The notes below the pieces were generated by a model, which had not been told where the DNA came from, did not search any database, and saw only the letters and a list, made by a program, of their open reading frames with translations. A DNA stretch of 64,000 nucleotides from Promethearchaeota archaeon (lineage in GTDB: Archaea; Asgardarchaeota; Lokiarchaeia; Sigyniarchaeales; SOKP01), in contig JAHLWP010000001.1 in the NCBI GenBank assembly GCA_019057865.1, positions 160,001 to 224,000 on the forward strand, given 5' to 3'. This document shows, one piece after another, positions 1-10,600 of the stretch (positions within the stretch are counted from its first letter, which is position 1; every line of letters starts with the position of its first letter). The translations under genes and the position numbers were made by a program.

Positions 1-1
1 A

Positions 2-223
2 TTAGATAATCCGGGTGAAGACTTAATAAAAAAGTTATACGAATTTGATGAAATAGCTAAAATCATAGAAGAAAGAAAAAATGAGAGATTTAAAATATTT
101 TTAAAAGATCAGCCTGATCAAATGTTAATTCGATTAATAGATTTATTTAGTCAAAATCTTTTCAGTTTTAAAAGATATAAAGCATCTTTAGAAGATTATT
201 CAGAATTTTTTGAAAGTACTTAA
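2..223 (+). CDS. 3' end of a hypothetical protein (runs off the left edge)
   Basis: Open frame LDNPGEDLIKKLYEF...SEFFEST ending TAA at 221-223; read by eye, not in the ORF track. Confidence 0.6.
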   Translation, partial: LDNPGEDLIKKLYEFDEIAKIIEERKNERFKIFLKDQPDQMLIRLIDLFSQNLFSFKRYKASLEDYSEFFEST

Positions 224-253
224 AAATATAATATTAAGAATTGTCAAAAAAAG

Positions 254-1066
254 TTGTATTATATGATAAAAAGTATATATTTCTTGGACGAGAATGGATT
301 TTTGTTATATTCCAAAAATTTTATGAAAGAAAAATATGATGAAAATATCTTAATAGGATTTTTTTCATCAATCGCTAACTTTAGTAGAGAAGCTTTAGGA
401 GGTTTAGTTAAAAATGTTGATCTCGGGGAAAATAATAAGCTTATTTTACTACCGAATTCAGAAGAAAGAATTCTCGTAGCTACTGTTGTAAGTACTAATG
501 ACAATAACGATTTAGTTACATTAATTGTTAAAAATATAATGCAAGATTTCATTGATTCTTATTCACCTGATTATGATCTTGAAACAATTTACCCTGATGA
601 TATGGAAAGAATAATTAACAATAATTTAAGAGGGAAAATTATGCCTTCTCCAAGGATAAAATTATTATTGTCATGGCTAATCGTAGGATTTTTATGCTAT
701 TTTCTAATTCTCCTGAGCATAAACGTAACTTCTTTTATGTATACATCTTTTAATTTGAACCGATTCTTTACTCCAGAACAATTATTTACAAGATTTATGC
801 CTATTTTAATATTATTGTCTACAATAAATATAATTATTTTATTTTTGCTCCCTAATTTAATTCTAGGGTTTTTGTCTCTAAATTGGAAAATTGCTACTTT
901 AAACTCTTTCATATATCTAGGGATAACTATTACACTATATTTCTATTCAACAGAACCTAATTTCGCCTATATTATTGTAGGGCATTTACCATTGTCTTTA
1001 ATCTTCTCTCTGTTTTTCCTCTTTATTGGTGCAAGATATTCATCAAAAATGTTTTTAAAAAGATAA
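254..1066 (+). CDS. Longin-like N-terminal domain protein with about 4 C-terminal transmembrane helices
   Basis: IYFLDENGFLLYSKNF...LIGFFSSIANFSRE pattern typical of longin/roadblock-like folds; hydrophobic C-terminal half; ATG at 263 is the likelier start. Confidence 0.6.
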   Translation: MYYMIKSIYFLDENGFLLYSKNFMKEKYDENILIGFFSSIANFSREALGGLVKNVDLGENNKLILLPNSEERILVATVVSTNDNNDLVTLIVKNIMQDFIDSYSPDYDLETIYPDDMERIINNNLRGKIMPSPRIKLLLSWLIVGFLCYFLILLSINVTSFMYTSFNLNRFFTPEQLFTRFMPILILLSTINIIILFLLPNLILGFLSLNWKIATLNSFIYLGITITLYFYSTEPNFAYIIVGHLPLSLIFSLFFLFIGARYSSKMFLKR

Positions 1067-1196
1067 TTTTTAATATTTCTTTTTATGTAAAAGCTAACTG
1101 GTTTGCCAATTTTTTATTTAGTAATTTATAAGAATAGAGGAGGTTTAAATATAAGATTATAGATATGGTATTAATAGCAAGATTTTGTTTTAGAAT

Positions 1197-1784
1197 GTGA
1201 GAGTCCTTATGATTATCCCTAAAGTAACGAAGAAGATCCAAGTAATATGTCCAATCTGTAAATCTAAGGATATAGTTGGCATACCAGAATCAAAGATGAA
1301 AACAAAATCTCAATTAATAACAGTTTCAATTCATAAGGGGTTAATCTGCCCTCATCATTTTCAAATTTTTATTGATAAAGATTTTCATGTTCGCGGGTAT
1401 CAGAAAGTAGATCTTGAATTGGAACAAAATAATGTTAAGAACTTAAGAAATGGGGTAAAAGCGTTTATTCCGCATGAAGAGGACGACGAAGAATTGTTTG
1501 AAAATATTATTATGGAGGGCAATTCTTTAAAATACCGCCCTTTAAATTATGCCGATAATGAAAAAACAACCTGCAGAAAGAATGAAAATGTCCCAAGAAA
1601 AAAAGACATGACTTTAAAAGAAATTTATGAGGAATTTTGGGAATTTATTGATGAAGAAAATGAAGAATTTCGAGATTTCATTATTAATGATAAAAGAAGG
1701 AAAAAATTTCCCATGGATTGTGAATATATTGAAGTTTTTAACCATTTGAATTTAGAATCAAAAAATTCAATAGAGAATTTCTAA
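1197..1784 (+). CDS. Hypothetical protein with N-terminal Zn-binding motif
   Basis: CPIC...CPHHF motif; intact 195-aa ORF. Confidence 0.6.
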   Translation: MRVLMIIPKVTKKIQVICPICKSKDIVGIPESKMKTKSQLITVSIHKGLICPHHFQIFIDKDFHVRGYQKVDLELEQNNVKNLRNGVKAFIPHEEDDEELFENIIMEGNSLKYRPLNYADNEKTTCRKNENVPRKKDMTLKEIYEEFWEFIDEENEEFRDFIINDKRRKKFPMDCEYIEVFNHLNLESKNSIENF

Positions 1785-1982
1785 CTAATTTCTGCTTTTT
1801 CTCTTCATTTACAATAATTTACAATAATGTAATGTTATGATTCGGAATTCTACAAAACTTCCATAAGAAAAAGTTATCTTTTGCTTGAAAAAGATATAAG
1901 AAAATTTAAAATTTAGTAGTTAATTTTCCAAGATATTATATTATATTAATAAAAAAATCAAAAAATATGAAGAAAGATTAAA

Positions 1983-3502
1983 ATGTCATATAAATTACCA
2001 GACGAGAAAGATTTAGAAGCTATGATAGGCATTGTGGGAAAAGAATATGCTACAAATAATAAAGCTATTACTGCGTCTTACCTGTCGAAATCAGTAATGG
2101 GTTTAGAAATCTATTATCCAAAATCGGATAATGACTAAAGAGCCAAATCCCTGATATCGTCGTTCGACCGAAATTTGTTGAAGAAATCCGTAAAATCTTA
2201 ATATATTGCTCTGCAGAAAAAATTGCAGTGAGTCCCGTTTCAGCAGGATTATCTGGTGGCTTTGCTTGCCCAACAATTAAGCCCGGTGGAGTACTTCTCG
2301 ATTTAGGAAGAATGAACAGGATTATTGAAATTGATACAGAGAATCGGTATGTCGTTGTCGAACCGGGGGTAACAATTGGTGAACTTTGGGCTTATATGCA
2401 TAAGAATACTCCAGATTGGGCGCCCCCTATACCAGATGGTGCTCCACCAGCCTCAACTGTTATGGGCGACGCTATTGATAGAGGTTTTTCTCTCTATACT
2501 TCAAGCGTTGGACCACAAGGAGATAATTTTATGTGCGGAGAAGTTGTATTTCCAAATGGTGATATTGTACGAACTGGCTCTTGGGCTCTTCCTTTTGCTA
2601 AACCTTTTTATAAATATGGGTTAGGACCTGATATTTGGTCAACTATTATGGGTAGTCAAGGAGCTTTAGGAGTGGTTACGAAAGTCGCAGTTAAGATTTT
2701 TCCACATCCTGAATTTAAGACAGTAGTTGTATGGGGTATGTCCAACCCTCATGATATGCAAGATTTAACGTTAGAAATTGGGAAACAAGAATTTGGAATT
2801 GCCCATAACACTGTTATGGTTCAAGGCGGAAATTATCATTTAGTCATGGCTCGATGGCCTAAAGATAAAGTACCCCATGATTATGAATTCTATAAAGAAC
2901 TAGGAATTAGTAAATGGTGGATGAATTGGGAGTGCTGGGCACAAACTCAAGAAGAGTTGGACTATGTAACTAATAGAATTAATAAAATGGCCGAAGATTT
3001 CAAGAAGAATAGAGCTAAAGATCCTGATGCATTAAAACCTCAGGAACTTCATCCGAAACAAATTGCAAGCAGGTTAAAAAAACCTAATAAAATTGCTATA
3101 CCCTATAGTTTCTGGGAAGCGGGATTTTTATTTATTACTTGGTACACTCCATGGAATGAATGTGCCCATTTTGCTGAAATGTATACAAAGGCAATGGAGA
3201 AATATGGATTCCCACCAGTTATGTGGATCGCGAGTATCGAACGCTGCCGACAAGCAATTTGTATGCCCATTATTTGTTTCGATTCGACTAACACCTCAGA
3301 ATTTGAAAGAGTTCAAGATATGAATAGAGAAACAACTGAATACGGGCTTAAACAAGGATGGTTGAATTATAGACCAGACCCATACATTCACGCTCCTCTT
3401 ACATATAGTCAAGCTGGAATGTACTGGAAATACTTAAGAAAGATAAAGAAGATGTTTGATCCTAATATGATAATGCATCCTGGGAGGCTTGCCCTTCCAT
3501 AA
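1983..3502 (+). CDS. FAD-binding oxidoreductase (GlcD/D-lactate dehydrogenase, VAO family); join(1983..2108,2141..3502), 495 aa after removal of a 32-nt intron
   Basis: Exon 1 MSYKLPDE...SVMGLE plus exon 2 SQIPDIVVRPKFVEEIRKIL...; motifs LDLGRMNRI, VEPGV, GSQGALGVVT, C-terminal FDPNMIMHPG. The ORF track start at 2228 omits the conserved PD.VVRP segment. Confidence 0.85.
2109..2140 (+). other. Putative BHB-type mRNA intron (32 nt)
   Basis: Outer helix GGU/GCC, 4-bp central helix UUAG/CUAA, 3-nt bulges AA^A and AG^A, inner hairpin AUUAUCC/GGAUAAU; contains in-frame TAA at 2136-2138; excision restores the frame. Confidence 0.8.
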
Positions 3503-3523
3503 CTAAGTAAGGAGGTAAAAAAA

Positions 3524-4927
3524 ATGACAAAAACAGGTATGGAAAGACTCCAAGAGCTAAAAAAAGAAATTTTTAAATGTATTCATTGTAAGGCATGTAA
3601 GTTCGCTTATTCTGGTGAACCTGATAGGGAAGGAATAGGAGAGTATGCTGGAAAGCAAGGTACAGTACTTTATGAAGGAATGGTCGATGCTTGCCCCGCT
3701 GGTATAGAGTATGGTTGGGAAGCGTTCTGGAATGCAGGTAAGATTTGGATTGCTAGGTCAATATTAACGGGTGATTTAGAATTTACTGAAGAAGTCAGGG
3801 ATGTAATTTTGCCATGCATAACATGTGGTCAATGTTCAGCCCAGTGTGATAATAAGATTCCAACAGTTGATATTATAGAATCTTTACGGGCTGCGTGTAT
3901 AGAATCAGGAGTGCCTATGATCGAAAAACATGAATTAGTTGACAGATTGGTTAAAGAATTGAACAATCCATATGGAGGTAAAGCAGAAGAACGATTTAAA
4001 TGGGCAAAAGATGCTGGTTTAGAAAAATATATAGATAATAAAGAGGCCAAAATTGCATATTATGTAGGATGTACTGCAAGTTATCGACAAATAGAGGTTG
4101 CTGTTACAACTGCAAAACTATTTGAACAATTAGGAATGAATTTCACTATAATCGGAGATGAAGTTTGCTGTGGAAGTCCTTTCTTTAGGATTGGAGCTGT
4201 TGATACTGCCCAAGAATTAATGAATAAAAATTTAGAAGCTTTTAAGAATCTAGAAATGTTATATTTCAGTTGCGCGGGTTGTTATAGAACTTTTACCATT
4301 GATTATCCAAAATGGATGCCTGAAGGTGAAGAACTTCCTTTTAAAACACAGCACGCCTTTGAACTGGTGGCGAGATTAATTCAAAAAGAGAAAATCAAAT
4401 TCAAACCAAACAAAGAATTAAAGGGAAAAGTTGTCACTTATCATGATCCCTGCCATACAGGAAGACATTTCGCAGTAGATTTTGAACAAGAAATGATCAG
4501 AGAATCTAAGAATCTTATGTTCGATTCGCGAAAGATTAAGAAAAAAATCGAGGAATGGTATGAAATTCCACGTATAATTCTTAGAAAACTTGCAGAGGAT
4601 GTCGGTATTGTCTTTAAAGAGATGTATCGTATTAAACTTGATAGTATGTGTTGTGGTGCTGGTGGAGGGGTGAGGGCTGGATATCCCGATTTTTCGCTCA
4701 GAACCGCCAGTTTGCGATGTGATGAAGCGAATGCTGTTAGTGCAGATATCTTAACAACTGAATGCCCCTTTTGTTGGAGGAATTTATCCGATGCCAATGA
4801 TATGTACAATCACGGCATGAAAGTTATGGGAATTCTTCAGATGATAACTGAATATAATCTTTTAGACATGGCAGAAAAACCTAAAGAAGAAGATTTCTTA
4901 ACGCCATCTATTAGAGAGATTGAGTGA
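3524..4927 (+). CDS. Fe-S oxidoreductase, HdrD/GlpC-like (two [4Fe-4S] motifs plus CCG domains)
   Basis: CIHCKAC...CP, CITCGQC...C, CCGSP, YHDPCH, CCGAGGG, ECPFC; GGAGG ribosome-binding site upstream; 21 bp after the FAD oxidoreductase. Confidence 0.9.
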   Translation: MTKTGMERLQELKKEIFKCIHCKACKFAYSGEPDREGIGEYAGKQGTVLYEGMVDACPAGIEYGWEAFWNAGKIWIARSILTGDLEFTEEVRDVILPCITCGQCSAQCDNKIPTVDIIESLRAACIESGVPMIEKHELVDRLVKELNNPYGGKAEERFKWAKDAGLEKYIDNKEAKIAYYVGCTASYRQIEVAVTTAKLFEQLGMNFTIIGDEVCCGSPFFRIGAVDTAQELMNKNLEAFKNLEMLYFSCAGCYRTFTIDYPKWMPEGEELPFKTQHAFELVARLIQKEKIKFKPNKELKGKVVTYHDPCHTGRHFAVDFEQEMIRESKNLMFDSRKIKKKIEEWYEIPRIILRKLAEDVGIVFKEMYRIKLDSMCCGAGGGVRAGYPDFSLRTASLRCDEANAVSADILTTECPFCWRNLSDANDMYNHGMKVMGILQMITEYNLLDMAEKPKEEDFLTPSIREIE

Positions 4928-4942
4928 AGAGGAACTAAAAGT

Positions 4943-5005
4943 ATGAGCGAATAGCTCATTTAAACTTATTTCTTTTTTTATGTTTTTTTTTAATTTTTTT
5001 TCATT
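4943..5005 (+). terminator. Hairpin plus T-tracts after the oxidoreductase operon
   Basis: ATGAGC-gaata-GCTCAT followed by several T runs. Confidence 0.4.
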
Positions 5006-5141
5006 TAAGATTATATTAAGCGATTCATATTTCATTTCATTGAAATATTAAAAAAATAATTTTGATGTAGAGGATAAATTTAAAAATTCGATGAAACAAT
5101 AGTTTTAATAAAGAATATATTTTTCAATTTAGTGAAATCTT

Positions 5142-6638
5142 ATGAGTAAGAAAAAATTAATCCCGACTATTGTAATTGTTATTACTTTAGTATTGATTGT
5201 AGGTTTAGTTACATTATTAATTCCTCTCGAAGAAAAACCAACTGAAGAAGGAACGAGAAAAGCGATAATAGTTTGTAGCGCCAATGATTTTTATTGGAAG
5301 GAAGGTGAACCTGATTTTACAGAAGGAGAATTTGATGAAGAAACTACTAACTGGATAGGAAGTTCCAATCCTAATGGGCAAGCTGTAATAGATAATACCC
5401 TACCAGGTCATAATACTCCTGGAGTTGTTCAATTAATTGCTAAATCAAATTTTAGCAATGCCTATGTTAATATGGAGTTTGTATACAATTGGACTAAATT
5501 TTATCCATTATTAAAATTTGGAGCTTATAATCTTTCTGCATGGGTTAATATCACAACCAATGCATGGACACCTGCAGTGATAATCCCCCTCACAGGAGCA
5601 GGGGCAAGAGTGGGATTACGATGGTTAAATTCTAGCAATGATGTAGTAAGAACAGATTGGTCAAAAGGTATATTTGAAACCTTTGCAGGGTGGACATTTC
5701 TAAATGCAACAGGTATTGCTGATAATTCTACTCTAAACGAAATAACCCAATTACATTTGGTTTTAGCGGTTGATGGTAATATGAATGGTACTGACATGGT
5801 GCTTTTTGATGGTGTTAAAGTAGAATATTGGTTCCCACCTCCAATCCCTAGCCCTCCTCCAAGTAATAGAGATGCAGATGGTTTTCCTGCTCAAGCTCTT
5901 CAAGTTTACTGGATATTAAAGAATCATGGATACACCGATGATAATATTTTTTTAATGCTCTATCACACGAATGACGATATAATAGATATATATTCAAACG
6001 ATGGAATCCCGAATGATTTAAATAGAACTGGAATTGTAGCCAAAATTGATGTAGAAAATGATGATGTGAATTAAAGTAGATTTAAACAGGAACTAAACAT
6101 TTCAATCTCAGGAAGCTTTGCTTCTAATATTACACAAAGTGATCAATTAATCATTTACATTGTAGACCATGGTTCAAATAATATACTTAGCGACGGTAAT
6201 GCAACTTTTCATTTTGAAGCAGATGATAGTTATATCACAGAATTGGAATTTTTCAATTTAGTCAAGCAAATTAATTGTAAACGTATATTGATTAATATTG
6301 ATATATGTTTTAGTGGAAATTTTTTGAATGAAAATTCAAACATTGGGCAAAGTTGGTATGATATTTCCAATTCCATATTAATCACTTCAACAACTAATGT
6401 TTTTTCATGGTATTGGCGAGATAACTCAAATGCAAATGGTTTTGCTGGATCATGGTTCTTTCATTCATTTTGGGAAGAATTAAACCAAAATGAGACAATA
6501 GGAACCGCCTTCAATTCTGCTAAAAATTTAACACTTTCAGGACAAACACAATCAATAGATGATATTCAAGCGCCTTTAATCCAAGATAATTTAGGTATAA
6601 AAGATGTTTGGAGTTTTAACAACGATCCAAGTTTATAA
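5142..6638 (+). pseudogene. Membrane-anchored C13/legumain-like (caspase-fold) cysteine peptidase with an inserted beta-rich domain, broken by one in-frame TAA at 6072-6074
   Basis: ORFs 5142-6074 and 6243-6638 share a frame; read-through gives DVN*SRFKQEL...YIVDHG...DICFSG (His-Gly and Cys catalytic motifs); N-terminal TM helix. Confidence 0.7.
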
Positions 6639-6775
6639 ATGAATTTTTTTTATCTTTATTTATATTCTCCTAAAATCTTAAATTTTTCAATTTCCAGAAA
6701 TGGCTCTTTTCTTTTACTCAAAATTTATATTAAAATTAGAATTATTTCTAAATTAAATATTTCAATCAAGTTTCT

Positions 6776-7381
6776 GTGACAAGGATGCAAAAAAGGAATA
6801 ATAAAGTCAAATTTCCATTCATTATGGTATGTTTGATCTTTTCTACAGTAATATTTATGGCACTAAATTCAAATATAGATTTTATTTTGAACAATAACAT
6901 TGAAAATAGAGAGGTATATCAGGATGAGTTCTCAATATATCTCAATCAGCTTGATTTAACTGGTCCAAATATCACTTTTATTCAACCTAATTTAAATTAT
7001 ACTATAATAGAAACGAAATCTTATGAGATAATTGTAAATATAACAGATGAACATCCTCTTTTATCTGGAAATGTTCGAGTCCAAATTTCGAATTTTACAA
7101 ATTTATTAATAAATGCTTCAATGACCTCATCTGAAGGTGATTCATGGACTTATAAATGGGAGAATTTAAGTACTTATGTAAATAGGATTTTTTACACTAT
7201 ACGGGTTTGGGCAAAAGATTCTTCGCCAAATGGGACTTCAAGTTTATCCGAAGCTTGGTATGTTTATTTAAATCTCCCTAGAAGAATAAATCTATTTGTA
7301 TTAAGGAATATATTATATATTATTGCAGTTTCATTCATTTTTGCTGCAATTTGTCTCTATATTAACAAAAAAACTAGGTAA
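6776..7381 (+). CDS. Membrane-anchored Ig-like domain surface protein
   Basis: N- and C-terminal hydrophobic helices; D..GP.I motif, YTIRVWAKD, many N-x-S/T sequons. Confidence 0.6.
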   Translation: MTRMQKRNNKVKFPFIMVCLIFSTVIFMALNSNIDFILNNNIENREVYQDEFSIYLNQLDLTGPNITFIQPNLNYTIIETKSYEIIVNITDEHPLLSGNVRVQISNFTNLLINASMTSSEGDSWTYKWENLSTYVNRIFYTIRVWAKDSSPNGTSSLSEAWYVYLNLPRRINLFVLRNILYIIAVSFIFAAICLYINKKTR

Positions 7382-7641
7382 AAAATTATCTAGCAAACAA
7401 AAATAGGGATTAGAAGGGTTTTTTGAAATGAATAAGTTGTATCCCATCTCTTTTTAACTTTAACAAGTTATTAATATTTAGTGATATTTTACAAAAGAGG
7501 TTAAGTTTTATGTCTTTTTAGTGGATTGAAAAATCAAATATAAAAATATTCCCAAAAAAATAAAAGCTCATATTATTATATTTGATCCTAAAAGAAAATA
7601 TTAATATTTTAGAATTATTATTTTAGGGGTTTTATTTATAT

Positions 7642-10600
7642 TTGACAGTAATTGAACAAAAAACAGCTTATCCTTATATTACGGAATTTAAAAAGGAACC
7701 ATTTAAATCATTTGTGCTCAAAAAAGGAAGAGAAATAGGGACTTATTATCTTAGTGGTTATGATAAAGTTGTAGAATTCTATCAAAACTTTAATAAAACT
7801 TTACTTGCTAATGAGTCATTAAACATTAAAATGATTTATTGGTTTCTCTTATTAAGGAAATATCTTAAAGAAGATAAGTATGAATTTAGAAATGAAATAT
7901 TTGAATATATTAAAAAATGTGAAATTCATAAAAATAATCAAATAGGTTTTAAATTTAAACCTGATTCCCCAAATATACCTGATATTTGGTCAACTTATTT
8001 TGCTCTTTCCAGTTTGAAACTCTTAGGACTTTTGGATGAATACTTTGCCATATCAGATCAGAACCAATTTAGAGAAGAAATTATAAATTTTATTTTAACT
8101 CACAGGAAAGGAAATGGATTTTTACATTGTCTGGAAAAAAGTTGTGAAATTGATAAAAAGCCTTTAGCAGTAAAGACATTATATTACGTAATAGAAATAT
8201 ATACTATTCTAGGAATTGATATACGTCTAAAAAAGGATAAATTTAGTTCATATATTGGTGATAGAAAAAGAAATCCTTCTTTAATTTTTAAGTTATTATG
8301 TTTGAAATTTTTAGATCTAAATTCTGAAGTTAGTGAAAAGGATATTCAATACTTCCACCAATTTCAAAGGGAAAATGGTGGATTTAGTTTTAGACAAATT
8401 GGAGAAATTGATACTACCTTTTGGATAGTATATGGCCTTGAGAATTTTTCATGGTTATTAGATTATAATCCTGCTGGTATATTTTCTTTTATTAATATTA
8501 AAATTGTTGAAATATTAAACGATCAGGCAGGTTGGAATTTAAATAAATTAATTGATATTTCAAAATTAATCATTCTTCTGTCATTGATATGGAAAAAATT
8601 TATCAATGAAATTGAAAGGTTAATATTTAGACAATTAGAAAAAGAGAAATACATTGATTTAAATCAAATTAAAAGCAGATTTGGTTTATCAAATGTGATT
8701 GAAGAGATAATCTCTTATATAAATCTGAGCTATAATTTCAATTTAAAAATCTTGATTAATAAGATTGAATTTAAAAATTTTATTCGTAACCTAAGTCAAG
8801 GGAAAAGAATTGTTGCTCAAGAGATATATAATCAACTTTCAAATAAGAGTATAATATCCCTTAAAAAAATATTTAAGGATTGTAAATCCAAATACTCTTT
8901 TAAATCCTTAAAATTAAAAGATGATATCATTCCCTTAGTAGATCAATTAATTCAACGTAATTTTTTTAAGGGTAAAATAGTGAAAAAGAGGTTCTATATG
9001 GATTTCTTTCTTGAAAGAATAATAGTTTGCGATACAGAGATAAATTTAGAGCAATTATTACATGAAAAAGAGAAATTGAAGGATATAAAGAACGACATTT
9101 ATAATATGACTTTAAAATTAAAAAATATTACATCACAAATAAAGGATGAAATTGAATCTTATTTAATCTTAGATGAGATTGATTATGCAAAAGAGAGATT
9201 AAAATTTATTGTAAGAAATGCATTAATGGATGCTGATTTTCTTAATGAAAATATTGAAAATTCATTTAATGAAGAACTATATTATCTCAACATTCAGACA
9301 TTATTAAAGTCTGATATTACTCAATGGAATAAATTGTATTCTGTAATACAAAAAAGATTAAGCGAAATTGATTCATATTTAAAAGAGAAAATTTCAGAAA
9401 AAGAAAATTTAAGGGATATAAGTAACCTACTAGAAAAATTAAAAGAAAAAATTGGTAGTATTACTGAGGAAACTACTAAAAAAATTGATGATTTTAGAAA
9501 TTTGTTTAGGGAAACTCTTGAACAAGGTTATAGTAAAGAAAAATTCGATCTTATTGTTCAAGAATTTGATAAAATTTCACAGAGTGTCAGTAAATATGAT
9601 AATATAATTTACAATGTCTCTCAACAGGTTACTACAAAAGAAAAAAAGGTTCTAAATAAACATAAAAAAGTTATTGGTGATTGGTTAAGTTTTAAAGAAA
9701 ATTTTGAATCTATTTTTAGCTATTATACCTCAGGTTTTCAATTCTTTAATACTAATATGAAAAAGATTGATGATATTAAAGAAAGAGTTAAAATTGAGAT
9801 ATTGGAAATAAGTGAAAAAGCTAAGAATATAACTGATAATAATCTATTTCAAGAAGCATTTAATGTTATTAAACAAGAATCTGATGTACTTCTTGATAAT
9901 AAAACAAAAGAAATTAAAGAAATCCAATCAAAAGTCAAAAAAGATATTAAATCCAAACAAAAACTTTATCTTCTCTATGGGTATTTATTGGAAGCATTAG
10001 ATAATTTGGAAGTGAATATCATTGAACTAATAGCAGAAAGGGTCCAATCTTTAAAGAATAAAGTGGTTATTGAGAGGAATCGTACTCAAATTGAAGATTT
10101 TGATAATTTTGTATCACAAGAAGTTGGTAAATTTAAAACAGAATTAAATAACTTTAAAAGTCAATTAGATCAAATGAATAATCTCAAAATCAATTACGTT
10201 ATTAAAGGTTTTGATGATATTATAGCCATATTTGAAGCTGCTAATAATATATATTTAAAAAAATTAACTAAATGTAAAAAAACTATTGATGATTTCGAAG
10301 AAAAATCGAAAGTAACCATAATACAATGGGAAAAATTTAAGGAATTTCTAAGTAATGAGATACCAGCCTTAAAAGATAAATATATAAATGATATTATTTC
10401 AAAAAGAATCAATTTATTTGCTTATGAGAAAAAATCAAATTATATTAAATTAAGCGATTTAAAAAATGATTTAAACCTAAGTTGTAAAGTTTTAATTAAT
10501 AAGATCAAAGATATGATTGATATCTCTAAAATAAATGCAGAACTTAATGAAGATGATAAATATCTACTTGTTTATACAAATAATTATTATTTGAATAAAG

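Noticed and set aside
2109-2140. Programmed frameshift or single-base error as the cause of the break
   Set aside because: Stops in both frames (TGA 2132, TAA 2136) leave only a few bases for a shift, there is no slippery heptamer there, and about 10 extra residues would remain. The BHB explains the break exactly. Disfavoured rather than excluded.
2228-3502. ORF-track start at GTG 2228 as the true start
   Set aside because: It lacks the conserved N-terminal part of the FAD-binding domain; coding sequence continues upstream to 2141 and, across the insert, to ATG 1983.
4925-4960. Selenocysteine read-through of the TGA ending the Fe-S protein, with a SECIS hairpin
   Set aside because: The TGA is not at a Cys-motif position, read-through adds only a few residues, and the hairpin is too short for a SECIS.
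6060-6090. Intron or recoding at the TAA in the C13-like peptidase
   Set aside because: No BHB found; the stop replaces one residue in frame; TAA is the main stop codon here.
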